From NCBI GenBank assembly GCA_017694915.1, contig JADIMF010000098.1, positions 1 through 51,888 on the forward strand: 51,888 nucleotides of DNA, in the 5' to 3' direction. Below are positions 50,419 to 51,888 of this stretch, one piece after another. Numbering within the stretch: the first letter of the stretch is position 1; each line of letters begins with the position of its first letter. The stretch comes from Candidatus Ornithospirochaeta stercoravium (GTDB lineage Bacteria > Spirochaetota > Spirochaetia > Sphaerochaetales > Sphaerochaetaceae). The translations under genes and the position numbers were made by a program. A model generated the notes under the pieces. That model did not search any database. It worked only from the letters and a program-made list of their open reading frames with translations, and was not told the DNA's origin.

Positions 50419-51522
50419 ATGGAAAGAAGCGTTGTTATAGGCGGTGGAATAGCAGGCGTACAGGCTGTCACTGTTCTTTCGAAAGAAGGAAAAGTGGCGC
50501 TTATCACGAATGAGCCATGCCTCCCTTATTACCGGATGCGGATTGAGGAGATCATCCAGGGAAAGAATACCGAGGAATTGTATATACATCCTCAATCCTG
50601 GTATGACGAACGTGGTATTGAGATAATTCACGCAAACGCAGAGCGTATCGATACAGAGAAGAAGGATATCGTTCTTTCTGATGGGAATACCGTGCCTTAT
50701 GATACAGCGGTAATAGCAACAGGAAGCGAAGCAAGGTCATTTCCGATTCCCGGAAGAGATAAGAATATATATGTCCTGAGAAAAGCATCAGATGCTGAGA
50801 AGCTAAGGGAAGCATTATCCACAGCAGACAGCTTTGCTGTCATTGGTGGTGGTCTTCTAGGGCTTGAGCTTGCTTCATCGGTTGCAGAGCATATGAAGAT
50901 AACCGTCAGTGTCATAGAGACAGCTCCCTATATCCTTCCACGTCAGCTTGATGAAGCATCCGCTTCTCTTCTGCAGGCAAAGCTCAGTGAGAAAGGTGTC
51001 AGCGTTGTGACAGCTGCGAAAACCCTGAAAGCTGATGCTGAGTATCTCTATCTTGAGGATGGAAGGAAGATAAAGGCAGCTGTTATTGCATTCTCTGTGG
51101 GAGTGAATCCTGGAATAGAAATTGCAAAGGCTTCCGGCATTGAAACGGATAAAGGCATCATAATAGATGAATACATGAAGACATCCGCTGATTCGGTTTA
51201 TGCCGCAGGTGATGCAGTTGAGTACAATGGGCGTTTGTTCGGACTTGCCATGCATGCACGAGAGATGGGAACAGCCGCTGCTGACTCCATACTTGGAAAC
51301 GGAAAGCCATATGTACCATCTGAGCCGTCTGCGCTTCTGAAAGTCGCGGGAATCGATGTAATTTCACTAGGTTCTGTCACAGGAGATACAGAGGTGATAA
51401 CAGATGACGGTGTAAAACGCACAACGCTTTTCGTGAAGGATGGAATCATCACAGGTGCTGTGATAATCAACGACAAAGCGTCGATGATGAAGATAAAAGC
51501 AATGATTGGAACGAGGAGATAA
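50419..51522 (+). CDS. NAD(P)/FAD-dependent pyridine nucleotide-disulfide oxidoreductase (rubredoxin-reductase / NirB-N-terminal-like)
   Basis: 367 aa. [13 protein letters not shown] (FAD fold), [14 protein letters not shown] (NAD fold), YAAGDAVEY. Confidence 0.8.
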   Translation: MERSVVIGGGIAGVQAVTVLSKEGKVALITNEPCLPYYRMRIEEIIQGKNTEELYIHPQSWYDERGIEIIHANAERIDTEKKDIVLSDGNTVPYDTAVIATGSEARSFPIPGRDKNIYVLRKASDAEKLREALSTADSFAVIGGGLLGLELASSVAEHMKITVSVIETAPYILPRQLDEASASLLQAKLSEKGVSVVTAAKTLKADAEYLYLEDGRKIKAAVIAFSVGVNPGIEIAKASGIETDKGIIIDEYMKTSADSVYAAGDAVEYNGRLFGLAMHAREMGTAAADSILGNGKPYVPSEPSALLKVAGIDVISLGSVTGDTEVITDDGVKRTTLFVKDGIITGAVIINDKASMMKIKAMIGTRR

Positions 51523-51524
51523 AA

Positions 51525-51888
51525 ATGGACGAGCTTGAGAAGAAAGCACTTGAGTATCATTCGAAGGATGGGGTACCTGGAAAGGTATCTGTAGTACCTA
51601 CAAAGCCGTGCAGGACCGCAGAGGATCTTGCGCTTGCATATACACCAGGGGTTGCAAAGCCAGTGCTTAAGATCGCGGAGAACAGCGATGATGCCTACCG
51701 CTATACATCCAAGGGTAACCTTGTCGCCGTGATATCGAACGGAACGGCAATCCTCGGACTCGGGAACAGAGGCGCTCTCGCTTCAAAGCCCGTGATGGAA
51801 GGCAAGGGCGTCCTCTTCAAGCGCTTTGCCGATATCGATGTGTTCGATATCGAGATAGAAGAGAAGGATCCGGAGAAGCTCATAGAGA
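51525..51888 (+). CDS. NAD(P)-dependent malic enzyme, N-terminal part (runs off the window)
   Basis: Hand translation from ATG 51525 gives [110 protein letters not shown], the classical malic-enzyme N-terminus. It is open to the window end and is not in the ORF track. Confidence 0.9.
   Translation, partial: MDELEKKALEYHSKDGVPGKVSVVPTKPCRTAEDLALAYTPGVAKPVLKIAENSDDAYRYTSKGNLVAVISNGTAILGLGNRGALASKPVMEGKGVLFKRFADIDVFDIEIEEKDPEKLIE

Noticed and set aside
1-51888. Search for CRISPR arrays, tRNA/rRNA genes, transposases, integrases, reverse transcriptases (retron/DGR/group II intron) and prophage genes.
   Set aside because: None was recognised. Every non-coding gap is 305 nt or less, and each was read individually. 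The only repeats found are those reported above.

Overview
This is a gene-dense, moderate-GC chromosomal segment with about 45 CDS and very little non-coding DNA. All calls come from reading the supplied ORF translations and the raw sequence by eye. No BLAST, HMM, folding or GC computation was run.

The window is mainly a mosaic of carbohydrate uptake and catabolism operons:
- Five ABC sugar importers, each with one solute-binding protein (SBP) and two permeases, plus one TRAP transporter.
- Enzymes: GH88, GH105, GH28, two cytoplasmic heparinase II/III-like lyases, an N-acylglucosamine 2-epimerase (AGE), an HpcH-type aldolase and an FAD oxidoreductase.
- Regulators: AraC, a YesM/YesN-type two-component system, LacI, GntR, and a 998-aa soluble PBP-to-AraC hybrid.

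Interspersed genes are a MATE pump with a divergent BmrR-like MerR regulator, an XdhC/YqeB fusion convergent with MogA, a HicAB toxin-antitoxin pair, cdd, a K+-independent-type H+-pyrophosphatase, a metallophosphatase, DUF3737, a pyridine-nucleotide-disulfide oxidoreductase, and the start of a malic enzyme.

All five SBPs and the TRAP SBP end their signal peptides in ...FA-(G/M)GG(S/G)xE with no lipobox Cys. That suggests a diderm, spirochaete-like (Sphaerochaeta/Treponema-type) host, but this is inference only. I saw no rRNA, tRNA, CRISPR array, transposase, integrase or reverse transcriptase.

The most unusual items are:
1. A single Schlafen/AlbA_2-HATPase_c_4 gene bracketed by 101-bp direct repeats that carry phased 11-bp iteron-like units.
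2. A fully soluble regulator that looks like a fossilised hybrid two-component system, with Glu where the phospho-accepting His should be.
3. A stand-alone MgsA_C (RarA C-terminal) domain gene leading a sugar ABC operon.
4. An AGE / ABC / FAD-oxidoreductase / LacI locus with a perfect 18-bp operator palindrome.
5. A recurring leaderless-type promoter geometry (-10 hexamer 6-7 nt from the ATG, no SD) at six operon-leading or singleton genes.
6. A 3 x 23-bp tandem repeat in a convergent intergenic region.
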